This document shows, one piece after another, positions 16,574 to 25,257 of a stretch of 64,000 nucleotides of DNA. The translations under genes and the position numbers were made by a program. This DNA is from Candidatus Rokuibacteriota bacterium. Lineage in GTDB: Bacteria > Methylomirabilota > Methylomirabilia > Rokubacteriales > CSP1-6. Position 1 is the first letter of the stretch. Every line of letters begins with the position of its first letter. The notes beneath the pieces were generated by a model. That model was not told where the DNA came from, made no database searches, and was given only the letters and a program-made list of their open reading frames with translations. The DNA is taken from contig JBBDXN010000144.1 in the NCBI GenBank assembly GCA_040902305.1, forward strand, positions 3,532-67,531. Direction: 5' to 3'.

Positions 16574-18141
16574 TGCTGCTTCCACCACACCGCGGTGCCC
16601 ACCACGGCCAGCAGGGCCGGGACGAGGAGCACGGAGAGGAAGAACGTGGCCTTCATCTGCCGGTTGGTGAGGTTGACCCGGGGCAGATCGGACGTGCGCG
16701 GCTGGAGGCCGATCAGGTTCTCCTGGGCGGCCAGGTAGTTGATCGTGTTCAGGAAGAGGGCGCCGTTGCCCATGATGTGGAAGAAGGAGTTGGTGGCGAA
16801 ATCCGAGTCGCCCACCACCGCGATCCGCGACCGGGGACCGTCGGGGGCCGCGCCGTCGGGGGTGACCGGGCGCCGGAGGGCGACCACCATCAGGGTCTTC
16901 GGCCCGGGCCGGTCGCGGCCCTTGACGAACCCGACGCGCTCCTGATCGGCCTGGCCCCAGCTGTTCTTGGACGAGTTGACGAGCGGGACCACCGACGTCC
17001 CCGGAACGCGCTGGGTCGTCGGAGAGAGCGAGCGCGCGCCCGGAAAGAACGCGAGCGGCAGGTCGCGCGTGACCTGATGGCGGTTGTAGTCGCTGACCGC
17101 GGGGGCGGAGACGTCCGCCCAGAAGTGGCTCGCCTGGTCGATGACGATGTCGTCGTCGACCACGACCCCGTACTCCAGGAGCACGGGCTCGAGGCCGGTG
17201 CGCACGAAGGGGTCGAGCATGAACAGCGCGTGGCCGCCCCCGGCCAGGTACGCCCGTACCGCCGCCGTCTCCACCGGCAGCAGCGGGACCTTCGGCCCCG
17301 CCACCACCAGCACCGCGCATCCCGCGAGCCCGTCCGCTCCCTGGAGCAGCAAGACCTTCTCGACGGTGTAGTTCAGGGTCTCGAGGGCGTGGCGGGCCTT
17401 GGCCATCCCGTGCCGCTCGTGCAGCACGTACTTGACGCCGAGGCCGTGCGAGTGCCCGGCCGCGCCTTCCAGGTGATCGTGGGACTCCAGGCTGAAGGGA
17501 TCCGGCTCGCGGTGACCGTCCAGGAAGCACAGTCGCTGGGTGGCGCTCCGGGACACCCGGAGAATTCCGTTGGCGATGTCGGTCTCGCGGCCTCCGTTCA
17601 CTTGGAGCCGGCGGCCCTCGCTCTCCATGACTCCGGTGCCCGCGAAGTTCACCCCGAGCATCCGCGCCTGGGCCGGGTTGATCGTGGGGTCGTAGAACTC
17701 GACGGTGAGCCGCGAGGTGTGCGCGGCCATGAGCTGGTAGAGCTCGACGGTTTCTCGCATCATCGGATCGTGAAAGAAGACGATGCGGACCGGCCGGTCC
17801 AGCCGCCGGAGCATGGTGACGGTGGACTCGGCCAGCGAGTAGCGCCCCTCGCCGGTGAGATCGAAGCGGAGCGGGTAGCGCACCGAGAGGTACGCCAGCG
17901 CGACCAGCACGCCGACGACGCCCACCGCGAACAGGGCGATCTCGGCGCGCCGGCCCCCCACCAGGGCCCCGAGCTCGGCGCGGAGGAGGAAGACGCCCGC
18001 CGCGGAGAGCGCGGCCCCCGCCGCCGCGATCCCCAGCGTCCACGCGACGGTCTCCAGGAGGATCGCGTGGAGGGCGAGCGCGGCGGCCAGGAGCGCGACG
18101 CCCGCCAGCAGAACCAGTCCGGCGCGGAAGGGGTGCGCCAT
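16570..18141 (-). CDS. GldG-like ABC-type auxiliary component (Gldg family)
   Basis: Start MAHPFRAGLVLLAG at 18141. N- and C-terminal TM anchors. Central region RFDLTGEGRYSLAESTVTMLRRLDRPVRIVFF...IAVVGDSDFATNSFF is typical of GldG. Confidence 0.83.
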   Translation of the reverse strand: MAHPFRAGLVLLAGVALLAAALALHAILLETVAWTLGIAAAGAALSAAGVFLLRAELGALVGGRRAEIALFAVGVVGVLVALAYLSVRYPLRFDLTGEGRYSLAESTVTMLRRLDRPVRIVFFHDPMMRETVELYQLMAAHTSRLTVEFYDPTINPAQARMLGVNFAGTGVMESEGRRLQVNGGRETDIANGILRVSRSATQRLCFLDGHREPDPFSLESHDHLEGAAGHSHGLGVKYVLHERHGMAKARHALETLNYTVEKVLLLQGADGLAGCAVLVVAGPKVPLLPVETAAVRAYLAGGGHALFMLDPFVRTGLEPVLLEYGVVVDDDIVIDQASHFWADVSAPAVSDYNRHQVTRDLPLAFFPGARSLSPTTQRVPGTSVVPLVNSSKNSWGQADQERVGFVKGRDRPGPKTLMVVALRRPVTPDGAAPDGPRSRIAVVGDSDFATNSFFHIMGNGALFLNTINYLAAQENLIGLQPRTSDLPRVNLTNRQMKATFFLSVLLVPALLAVVGTAVWWKQH

Positions 18142-18143
18142 CG

Positions 18144-18851
18144 TCAGCGCCGCCACTGGAGGTGGGCCGCGCTCAGGGTCAGGGCGATCGCCGAGACGAT
18201 CAGGTAGAACGCCACCGCCTCGGTGCGCACCAGCCCCTGGATGAAGTCGGCGAAGTGCAGGGCGAACGAGAGGTAGCCGAAGAGCCCGCGCAGGACCGCG
18301 GAGGCCTGGAAGCTCTGCAGGTGGCCGACGAACCAGAAGCCCAGCAGCACCGCGGCGGTGATCAGCGCGGCCACGATCTGGTTGTGCGTCACCGTGGAGA
18401 AGAGCTGGCCGACCGCCAGGCACGCCAGGCCGAGCAGCACGAAGCCCACGTAGCCGGCCACGATGGTCATGGTCTCCGGGGTGCCGAACAGGTACAGGGG
18501 GACGAGGTCGATCAGGGTGCCCGCGGTGATCAGCAGCAGGATGGTGACCGCGCCCAGGTACTTGCCCAGCACGATCTCCCATGGGCGGAGCGGCAACGTC
18601 AGGAGCAGCTCGGCGGTGCCCGCGCTGTACTCCGACGCGAGGAGGCGCATCGAGATCACGGGAGCGAGCGTCACCAGCAGGATGCCCATGTTCTGGAAGG
18701 TCCCTGCCATCGTGGTCTCGCCGGTCAGCACGATGTTGTACAGGAAGAAATAGCCGGTCCCGAGCAGGAACACCGAGACCACGTAGTAGGCGATGGGCGA
18801 CCGGAAGTAGGTCGACAGTTCCTTCCGGAGGACGGCGAGCGTGCCGTTCAT
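18144..18851 (-). CDS. ABC-2 type transporter permease
   Basis: 235-aa six-TM ORF. MNGTLAVLRKELSTYFRSPIAYYV is a typical ABC-2/GldF N-terminus. It overlaps the ATPase stop by 4 nt. Confidence 0.88.
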   Translation of the reverse strand: MNGTLAVLRKELSTYFRSPIAYYVVSVFLLGTGYFFLYNIVLTGETTMAGTFQNMGILLVTLAPVISMRLLASEYSAGTAELLLTLPLRPWEIVLGKYLGAVTILLLITAGTLIDLVPLYLFGTPETMTIVAGYVGFVLLGLACLAVGQLFSTVTHNQIVAALITAAVLLGFWFVGHLQSFQASAVLRGLFGYLSFALHFADFIQGLVRTEAVAFYLIVSAIALTLSAAHLQWRR

Positions 18852-19819
18852 GCCGCCGCGCCTCGGCCCGGGGGTTCCGTCACGTATTTGAGGAAGACAT
18901 TCTCCAGCGTGGGCTGCAGCCGCTCCAGCCGGTGCAGATCCCAGCGGGCGGCCACCGCGCGCGCGATCGCGGCCTCCGCGCCGCTCCCGGCGTCCACCTG
19001 GCAGACCGCGATGAGGGGGGCATCGCCGGGGGCCGCGTGGATCTCCACGTCCCGGACCCCGTCGACCGCCCGCAGCAGATCGCGCAGGGCCGGGGCCGGC
19101 GCGGTCACCTCCAGCGTCACCCGATTGGTCTGCTCCATGGCCCGCTGCAAGCCGTCCGGCGAGTCGATGGCGAGCAGCCGGCCGTGGTTGATGATCGCGA
19201 CCCGCCCGCAGATCAGGGTCGCCTCGGCCAGGATGTGGGTGCTGAAGAGCACCGCGCGGTCTCTCCCGAACGCGCGGATCACCTCGCGGGTCTCCTGGAT
19301 CTGGCCGGGATCGAGCCCCGCGGTGGGCTCGTCGAGCAGGAGCACTTGCGGGTCGCCGAGCAGGGCCTGAGCGAGCCCCAGCCGCTGGCGATAGCCCTTG
19401 GAGAGCTTGTAGATCTCGTGACCCAACACGGCTTCCAGATGGCAGGCGGCGGTGACACGCTCGAGCTCCGCGGAGATGGCGGGCCGGGAAACGCCCTTGG
19501 CCCGAGCCACGAACCGGAGGTAGGCGGAGACGTCGAGCGCGTCGTAGAGGGGCGGGCGCTCCGGGAGGTAGCCGATGCGCCGGGCCGCCTCGACGTTCTG
19601 GGTCGCCATGTCGTACCCCGCCACCATCACCCGTCCCGACGTGGCCGCGGTGAAGCCGGCGATCATCCGCATCGTGGTGGTCTTGCCCGCGCCGTTGGGA
19701 CCGAGGAACCCGACGATCTCTCCCCGGCCGACCGTGAAGGAGAGGTCGTGAATGACGGTGGCGGAGCCGTAGCGCTTCGACACCGACTCGAGCGAGATGA
19801 CCGCGGCCGAGGTGCTCAT
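18848..19819 (-). CDS. ABC transporter ATP-binding protein (ABC-2/GldA-like)
   Basis: Walker A GPNGAGKTT. Signature LSKGYRQRLGLAQAL. Walker B VLLLDEPTAGLD. H-loop STHIL. Confidence 0.94.
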   Translation of the reverse strand: MSTSAAVISLESVSKRYGSATVIHDLSFTVGRGEIVGFLGPNGAGKTTTMRMIAGFTAATSGRVMVAGYDMATQNVEAARRIGYLPERPPLYDALDVSAYLRFVARAKGVSRPAISAELERVTAACHLEAVLGHEIYKLSKGYRQRLGLAQALLGDPQVLLLDEPTAGLDPGQIQETREVIRAFGRDRAVLFSTHILAEATLICGRVAIINHGRLLAIDSPDGLQRAMEQTNRVTLEVTAPAPALRDLLRAVDGVRDVEIHAAPGDAPLIAVCQVDAGSGAEAAIARAVAARWDLHRLERLQPTLENVFLKYVTEPPGRGAAA

Positions 19820-19820
19820 G

Positions 19821-19858
19821 GCGGAAACAAGAAGGCCCCCGTCGCGGGGGGCCTTCTC
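19821..19858 (-). terminator. Intrinsic terminator after the MBL-fold gene, abutting the ABC ATPase start
   Basis: The minus strand reads AGAAGGCCCCC-CGCGAC-GGGGGCCTTCT followed by TGTTTCC. The stem is 11 bp. It ends about 10 nt before the ATG at 19819. Confidence 0.6.
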
Positions 19859-19879
19859 ACGCCTTCGTTTGCGGAGGGG

Positions 19880-20743
19880 CTACTTATACCACTTGCCGCC
19901 GCCGGCCTTCCACTGATCCTGGTCGTGCCCGAAGTAGATATCCGCATTCTCGAGGTCGCGGATCATCTTCAGACGGTTGACCGAATTGTTGTAGTCCTTG
20001 ACGCTGTAGTTGAGCCCGGCCGGATGGCCTTCCATGTTCTCCTTCATCCAGATGGCGTCCTGGGCCAGGACCATCGTCTTGCCGCTCGCGAGCTTGATCC
20101 GCACCGACTGGTGGCCGAGGGTGTGGCCCGGCGTGCTGAGGATCGTGACCGAGCCGTCGCCGAACAGGTCGTAGTCGCCCTCGAGCTCCAGGTAGTTGAA
20201 GTCGCGGGCGGGCCCGTCGAAGTCCGCCATCACGAAGGCCCCGCCCTCCCGCTGGAACTTCTCCGGCCACCACGCCTGATACAGCTCCTTCTTCTGGATG
20301 ACGTGGACCGCCTTCGGGAACATCTTGATGTTGCCGATGTGGTCCAGGTGCGAGTGCGAGGTGATCACCGCCTTGACCTGGTCGGTGGAGTACCCGAGCC
20401 TCTTCAGCTGCGAGTCGATGACGTCCTCGCGCTTCTGGCTGGGCTTGAGGAAGTCGCAGTTGCCGGCGGCCCAGTGGCTCTTGCACTTGCCGTCGGAGAC
20501 CGCGTTGTTGTTCCCGGTGTCGAAGACGACCAGGCCTTTCGGGTGGTCGATGACCCACATGCTGACCGGGATCGTGATGTCGCGCGCCTTCTCCTTGGGG
20601 ATGCTGGGAATCAGGCCCTGGATGTTGAACGGACCGAAGAGGCCGCTGCTCGCCCAGTACACACCTTTGACCTGCGCGTCGGCGGTGAGCGGGAGCGCGA
20701 ACAAGAAGCCGAGCAGCACCGCGAGGATTCCGAACTTCTTCAT
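19880..20743 (-). CDS. Secreted MBL-fold metallo-hydrolase (lactonase-like)
   Basis: ATG at 20743 follows AAGGGAGA. Signal peptide MKKFGILAVLLGFLFALPLTADA. Motifs HSHLDH, TPGHTLGH and HD. The gene is visibly more A/T-rich than its neighbours. Confidence 0.84.
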   Translation of the reverse strand: MKKFGILAVLLGFLFALPLTADAQVKGVYWASSGLFGPFNIQGLIPSIPKEKARDITIPVSMWVIDHPKGLVVFDTGNNNAVSDGKCKSHWAAGNCDFLKPSQKREDVIDSQLKRLGYSTDQVKAVITSHSHLDHIGNIKMFPKAVHVIQKKELYQAWWPEKFQREGGAFVMADFDGPARDFNYLELEGDYDLFGDGSVTILSTPGHTLGHQSVRIKLASGKTMVLAQDAIWMKENMEGHPAGLNYSVKDYNNSVNRLKMIRDLENADIYFGHDQDQWKAGGGKWYK

Positions 20744-20876
20744 GGCCGGATCTCCCTTGATCCTTCTCCGATCAAAGCACCGCACGACTTCTGCCCCGGC
20801 GCGACGATAGCGCGTGGGTTCGCCGCCTGTCAAGGCGGCCCGCGGCACCCCGATCGGCCCCGCCGCGGCCGCGAAG

Positions 20877-20906
20877 TTGACAACTTGCGCTCACTAAACA
20901 TAGGAT
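20877..20906 (+). promoter_or_regulatory. Candidate sigma-70 promoter of the mrfA-like gene (possibly a leaderless transcript)
   Basis: TTGACA (20877-82), 18-nt spacer, TAGGAT (20901-06). The ATG at 20913 lies 7 nt after the -10 and no SD is present. Confidence 0.4.
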
Positions 20907-20912
20907 GAGCCC

Positions 20913-23264
20913 ATGCAAATCCGGGAGCTCCTCGACGAGCTCTTGACGTCGCTCGAGAGCGGGCCGCTCATCACCGCCGTTCGCCACCTCCACGCCAAGC
21001 CCCCCGTCTTCGCGCCCTTTCCCTCCTCGCTCGACCCCCGCATCGTCGAGGCGCTCAAGGCGCGCGGCGTGCAGCAGCTCTACTCGCACCAGGCGAAGGC
21101 CTTCGACACGGTGGCCAAGGGCGAGCACCTCGTGGTGGTCACGCCCACCGCCTCCGGCAAGACCCTCTGCTACAACCTGCCCGTGCTCCAGGCGCTGGTG
21201 CAGCAGCCGGAGGCGCGGGTGCTCTACCTCTTCCCCACCAAGGCGCTCGCCCAGGATCAGCTCGCCGAGCTGATCGAGCTGTCGAAGTCGCTGCCCGACA
21301 TGCGCATGTTCACCTACGACGGCGACACGCCGCAGGACGCGCGGCGCTCGGTCCGCGCGCGGGCGAACCTGGTGCTGACCAACCCCGACATGCTGCACTC
21401 GGGGATCCTGCCGCATCACACCAAGTGGGTGAATCTCTTCCAGAATCTCAAGTACGTGGTGATCGACGAGCTGCACGCCTATCGCGGTGTCTTCGGCAGC
21501 CATCTCGCCAACGTGCTGCGGCGGCTGAAGCGCATCTGCCGGCACTACGGGGCCACCCCGCAGTTCATCATGGCCTCGGCCACCATCGCCAATCCGGGCG
21601 ACCTGGCCCAGCGCCTGACCGGGGAGACGGTGGTCGAGCTGAACGAGAGCGGGGCGCCCACCGGCGAGAAGACCTTCATGGTCTACAACCCGCCGGTGGT
21701 GAATCCCGAGCTCGGCATCCGCGCGCCCTATCTCGGCGAGGCCTCCAAGCTCGCCACCCGCTTCCTGAAGCAGAAGGTCGCCACCATCGTGTTCTGCCAG
21801 AGCCGGCTCTCCACCGAGGTCGTGCTGGCCTCGATCAAGAAGGGGGTCGAGGACAAGACCGGCGACTCCGGCATCGTGCGGGGCTATCGCGGCGGCTACC
21901 TGCCGCTGCGGCGGCGCGAGGTGGAGCAGGGGCTGCGCTCGGGCGAGGTTCTGGGCGTGGTGTCCACGAGCGCGCTCGAGCTGGGCATCGACATCGGGCA
22001 CCTCGACGTCGCGGTGCTCGCCGGCTATCCGGGCACCATCGCCTCCCTGTGGCAGCAGGCGGGACGGGCGGGGCGGCGCACCGGGGAGTCCGCCGCGGTG
22101 ATGGTGGCCACGAGCTCGCCCATGGATCAATACCTGGCCGCGCACCCGGACTATCTCTTCGGGGCGTCGCCGGAGCACGCGCGGATCAATCCGGAGAATC
22201 CGTTCATCCTGATCAACCACGTCAAGTGCGCGGCCTTCGAGCTGCCGATCGGGGCCGACGAGGCCTTCGGCGGCGACGTGTCGCCGCACCTGGACGCGCT
22301 CGAGGACGAGGGCGTGCTCCACCGGGCGGGCGCGCACTTCCACTGGAGCTCGGAGACCTACCCGGCCGACCACATCTCGCTGCGCACCGTCACCTCCGAC
22401 AACTTCCTCGTCATCGACACCACCGCCCGCGACGCCCAGCAGGTGAAGCGGCGGCAGATCATCGCGGAGGTGGACTGGAAGAGCGCCTTCTCGATGATCT
22501 ACCCGAAGGCGATCTACATGCTGGAGGGCGAGCCCTTCGAGGTGCAGGAGCTCCACTACCGCGAGGACGAGGAGAAGGTGGCCTACGTCAAGCGGGTGGC
22601 GGTGGACTACTTCACCGACGCGATCAGCGCCAAGGGGGTGTGGATCCTCCAGCGCTTCGGGCGGCAGGAGACGCCGGGGCTGCTGGCCGAGCAGGGTGAG
22701 GTGCTGGTGGCCGAGAAGGTCGTCGGCTTCAAGAAGATCAAGATGGGCACCCTCGAGAACGTGGGCTCGGGCGAGGTGGAGCTGCCGCAGCAGGAGATGC
22801 AGACCACCAGCGCCTGGCTCACCCTGGATCCCGCCCTGCTCGCCGAGATCTCGCCGCGCCGCGACGATCTGGTGGATGGGCTCCGCGCGCTCACCCATCT
22901 CATCCACAGCCTGGCCCCGATCTTCCTGCTCTGCGACATCCGCGACGTGGGGGCGTGGCTCGGGGACGGCTCGCCGTCCCAGGCCGGGCAGGTGGTGACG
23001 CGCGAGACCATGCGCGCGCAGCTCCTCCAGGGCGAGCACTTCACGCCGACCATCTACCTCTACGACAACCAGCCGGGCGGCATCGGGCTGGCCGAGCGGA
23101 TCTTCGAGGTGCTGCCGGAGCTGCTCGCGCGCGGGCTCGAGACGCTCGAGGCCTGCGGCTGCCGCAGCGGCTGTCCCTCGTGCGTGGGGCCCGTGAACGA
23201 GGTGGGGCGTCAGGCCAAGCCGATCACGCTCAGGATCCTCAAGCGCCTCGTGGCCCGGCGCTGA
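20913..23264 (+). CDS. DEAD/DEAH-box helicase with C-terminal DUF1998/MZB 4-Cys domain (MrfA/YprA-like)
   Basis: Motifs: TPTASGKT, VIDELH, SAT, QQAGRAGR. C-terminal CGCRSGCPSCVGP. 783 aa. Confidence 0.88.
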   Translation: MQIRELLDELLTSLESGPLITAVRHLHAKPPVFAPFPSSLDPRIVEALKARGVQQLYSHQAKAFDTVAKGEHLVVVTPTASGKTLCYNLPVLQALVQQPEARVLYLFPTKALAQDQLAELIELSKSLPDMRMFTYDGDTPQDARRSVRARANLVLTNPDMLHSGILPHHTKWVNLFQNLKYVVIDELHAYRGVFGSHLANVLRRLKRICRHYGATPQFIMASATIANPGDLAQRLTGETVVELNESGAPTGEKTFMVYNPPVVNPELGIRAPYLGEASKLATRFLKQKVATIVFCQSRLSTEVVLASIKKGVEDKTGDSGIVRGYRGGYLPLRRREVEQGLRSGEVLGVVSTSALELGIDIGHLDVAVLAGYPGTIASLWQQAGRAGRRTGESAAVMVATSSPMDQYLAAHPDYLFGASPEHARINPENPFILINHVKCAAFELPIGADEAFGGDVSPHLDALEDEGVLHRAGAHFHWSSETYPADHISLRTVTSDNFLVIDTTARDAQQVKRRQIIAEVDWKSAFSMIYPKAIYMLEGEPFEVQELHYREDEEKVAYVKRVAVDYFTDAISAKGVWILQRFGRQETPGLLAEQGEVLVAEKVVGFKKIKMGTLENVGSGEVELPQQEMQTTSAWLTLDPALLAEISPRRDDLVDGLRALTHLIHSLAPIFLLCDIRDVGAWLGDGSPSQAGQVVTRETMRAQLLQGEHFTPTIYLYDNQPGGIGLAERIFEVLPELLARGLETLEACGCRSGCPSCVGPVNEVGRQAKPITLRILKRLVARR

Positions 23265-23277
23265 CCCTTCCGCCCCG

Positions 23278-24531
23278 GTGGCGCGCGATCTCACCGAGCT
23301 GACCCGGATCATCCGCCGCATCGAGGCGAAAACTCGGACTCCAAATCCGCTCGCCTCGCCTTCGGCTCGCCCAACATTGGAAGCGCTGCTCGACGGCACC
23401 GTCGAGGAGACCGAGCGCGGGCGGCTCCTCGTGGTGCGCCGCCGGTTCCCGGTGGGGCACCGGCACGGCGCGCAGCCGCTCCTGGCCGCGCGCGAGGCCA
23501 CCCCGGCCGCGCTCGCTCTGCTCAGCCGCGGCGGCCTACCGGTGGCCGATGGGCGGCGGCTCCTCTATCTCGACACCGAGACCACGGGCCTCGCGGGCGG
23601 CACCGGCACTTACGCGTTCCTGGTCGGCGTCGGCTTCTTCGACGGCGACGATTTCGAGGTGCGCCAGTTCTTCATGCGGGACCTCGACGAGGAGCCGGCG
23701 CTGCTGACCGTCCTCGAGGAGACGTTCCGGAGGTTCGACGGCTTCGTCACCTACAACGGGGCCGGCTTCGACCTGCCGCTCCTCGAGACGCGGTTCGTGC
23801 TCGGCCGCCGCCGCTTCCCCGGCGAGGTCTTCCACGTGGACCTGCTCGGTCCGGCGCGCCGGCTGTGGAGCGGCCGTCTCGCCGACTGCCGCCTCGGCAC
23901 GGTGGAGCAGGACGTGCTCGGCTTCATGAGAGACGACGATCTGCCGGGCGCGCTGATCCCGACCGTCTACTTCGAGTACCTGCGACGGAAACGGCCGGAC
24001 GAGCTGCCGCGGGTGTTCGAGCACAACCGGCACGACATCCTGTCGCTGGCCGCGCTCACCGGCTGGGTCGCGGACGCGGTCGCGCGCGCCCCGCATCCCG
24101 CGCTCGACCCGGAGGCGCTGGCCGGACTCGGCCGGATGCTCGAGGGGGCCGACCCGGAGCGGAGCCTGGCCTGCTACCGCATGGCGCTCGACACGGGCCT
24201 GCCGACGCCCTCTCGCGAGCGCCTCTTGCTGCGGCTCGCCCTCCGCGAGAAGCGGCTGGCGCGCTGGGACGAGGCGCGCGCGCTCTGGGAGGACGCCGCC
24301 CACTCGGCGTGCGCGTTCGACCCGCGGCCGTGGGAGGAGATCGCCAAGGTCCACGAGCATCGCCGGCGCGACCTCCAGGCCGCGCGCGAGGTGGTGGAGC
24401 AGGCCCTCGCGCTCGCCCGGCGGCACCGGGCCTCCGAGCGCGTGCAGGCCTCGTTCGAGCACCGCCTGGAACGGCTGGGCCGCCGGCTCGATCGGGTGGT
24501 GGGCTTCAGCGGCGGTCGGCAGCCAGCCTGA
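23278..24531 (+). CDS. RNase H-like DEDDh exonuclease with TPR-like C-terminus (MrfB/YprB-like)
   Basis: GTG start. Exo motifs LYLDTETTGL, YNGAGFDLPLL and HNRHDILSL. It lies immediately downstream of the MrfA-like helicase. Confidence 0.8.
   Translation: MARDLTELTRIIRRIEAKTRTPNPLASPSARPTLEALLDGTVEETERGRLLVVRRRFPVGHRHGAQPLLAAREATPAALALLSRGGLPVADGRRLLYLDTETTGLAGGTGTYAFLVGVGFFDGDDFEVRQFFMRDLDEEPALLTVLEETFRRFDGFVTYNGAGFDLPLLETRFVLGRRRFPGEVFHVDLLGPARRLWSGRLADCRLGTVEQDVLGFMRDDDLPGALIPTVYFEYLRRKRPDELPRVFEHNRHDILSLAALTGWVADAVARAPHPALDPEALAGLGRMLEGADPERSLACYRMALDTGLPTPSRERLLLRLALREKRLARWDEARALWEDAAHSACAFDPRPWEEIAKVHEHRRRDLQAAREVVEQALALARRHRASERVQASFEHRLERLGRRLDRVVGFSGGRQPA
23326..23382. repeat. Diverged single copy of the R2 repeat unit embedded in-frame in the mrfB-like coding sequence
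   Basis: GCGAAAACTCGGACTCCAAATCCGCTCGCCTCGCCTTCGGCTCGCCCAACATTGGAA aligns with the 3421-3559 unit. There is an identical run CGCTCGCCTCGCCTT, matching flanks AAACTCG.A and CGCC.AAC, and a 6-nt gap. Confidence 0.6.
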
Positions 24532-25153
24532 CGCCGAGCGCGATCAGCACCGCGCCGCTCGCTCCTTCGAGCCGCGCCCGCCAGAGCCGGCTCTCCACCA
24601 GAGGCCGGATGCGCACGAGCGAGCAGGACAGGAGCGACAGCCAGACGATGCCGATGCCGACGTGCAGCGCGCCCAGGAGCAGCGATCGCGCGAGGATCGG
24701 ATCCTCCGGCCGGACGAACTGAGGCAGGAAGGCGAGATAGAAGAGTCCCACCTTCGGGTTCAGCGCGTTGGTGAGGAGCCCCTCCAGGAAGGATCGCAGG
24801 TGCCGCGTCCCCGACCGGCCCGCGTCCGCGGCCGCGGCGGCCGGCGCCCCCGCGTCGGCCCGCCACCAGCCGCGGATCGACTGGATCCCGAGGACGATCA
24901 GGTAGACCGCGCCGCCCCACTTGAGCGCGCGGAAGGCATCCGCCGAGCGGACCAGGATGAGCGAGACGCCGATCGCGGAGAGCGCGGCGTGGACGAAGCA
25001 GCCGGCGGCGATACCCGCGGTGGTCGCGAACCCGGCGGCGCGGCCCCGCCCGAGGACGTTGCGCACCACGAGCAGGGTGTCGGCGCCCGGGGTCACCGCC
25101 AGCAGGGTGGCCACCACCAGAAAGGTCCAGAGCTGCGGGTCCATGCGCTCCAT
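24506..25153 (-). CDS. LysE/RhtB family amino-acid exporter
   Basis: 215-aa six-TM ORF. Motifs TPGADTLLVVRN, NALNPKVGLFYLAFLPQF. The 3' end overlaps the mrfB-like 3' end by 26 nt (convergent). An alternative ATG is at 25144. Confidence 0.87.
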   Translation of the reverse strand: MERMDPQLWTFLVVATLLAVTPGADTLLVVRNVLGRGRAAGFATTAGIAAGCFVHAALSAIGVSLILVRSADAFRALKWGGAVYLIVLGIQSIRGWWRADAGAPAAAAADAGRSGTRHLRSFLEGLLTNALNPKVGLFYLAFLPQFVRPEDPILARSLLLGALHVGIGIVWLSLLSCSLVRIRPLVESRLWRARLEGASGAVLIALGVRLAADRR

Positions 25154-25257
25154 TGTAGCCGCGCCTGCCCTCTCGGTTTAGGTTTGACACATTCATATAA
25201 TTAGGGTAGCCTCACCCTCCGCTTCACCATCCACGGCACGGCGAGGGAGACACGAGC

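Noticed and set aside
20913-24531. DUF1998 helicase as part of an anti-phage system (DISARM/Druantia-like).
   Set aside because: There is no methyltransferase, PLD nuclease or other defence partner nearby. The downstream DEDDh exonuclease matches the MrfA/MrfB repair pairing, and the flanks are housekeeping genes.
25154-25257. Fur box or strong promoter in the A/T-rich patch TTGACACATTCATATAATTAGG upstream of the iron SBP gene.
   Set aside because: TTGACA and TATAAT are only 6 nt apart, so they are not a functional -35/-10 pair. The match to the GATAATGATAATCATTATC Fur consensus is poor. A regulatory role is possible but not supportable from sequence alone.
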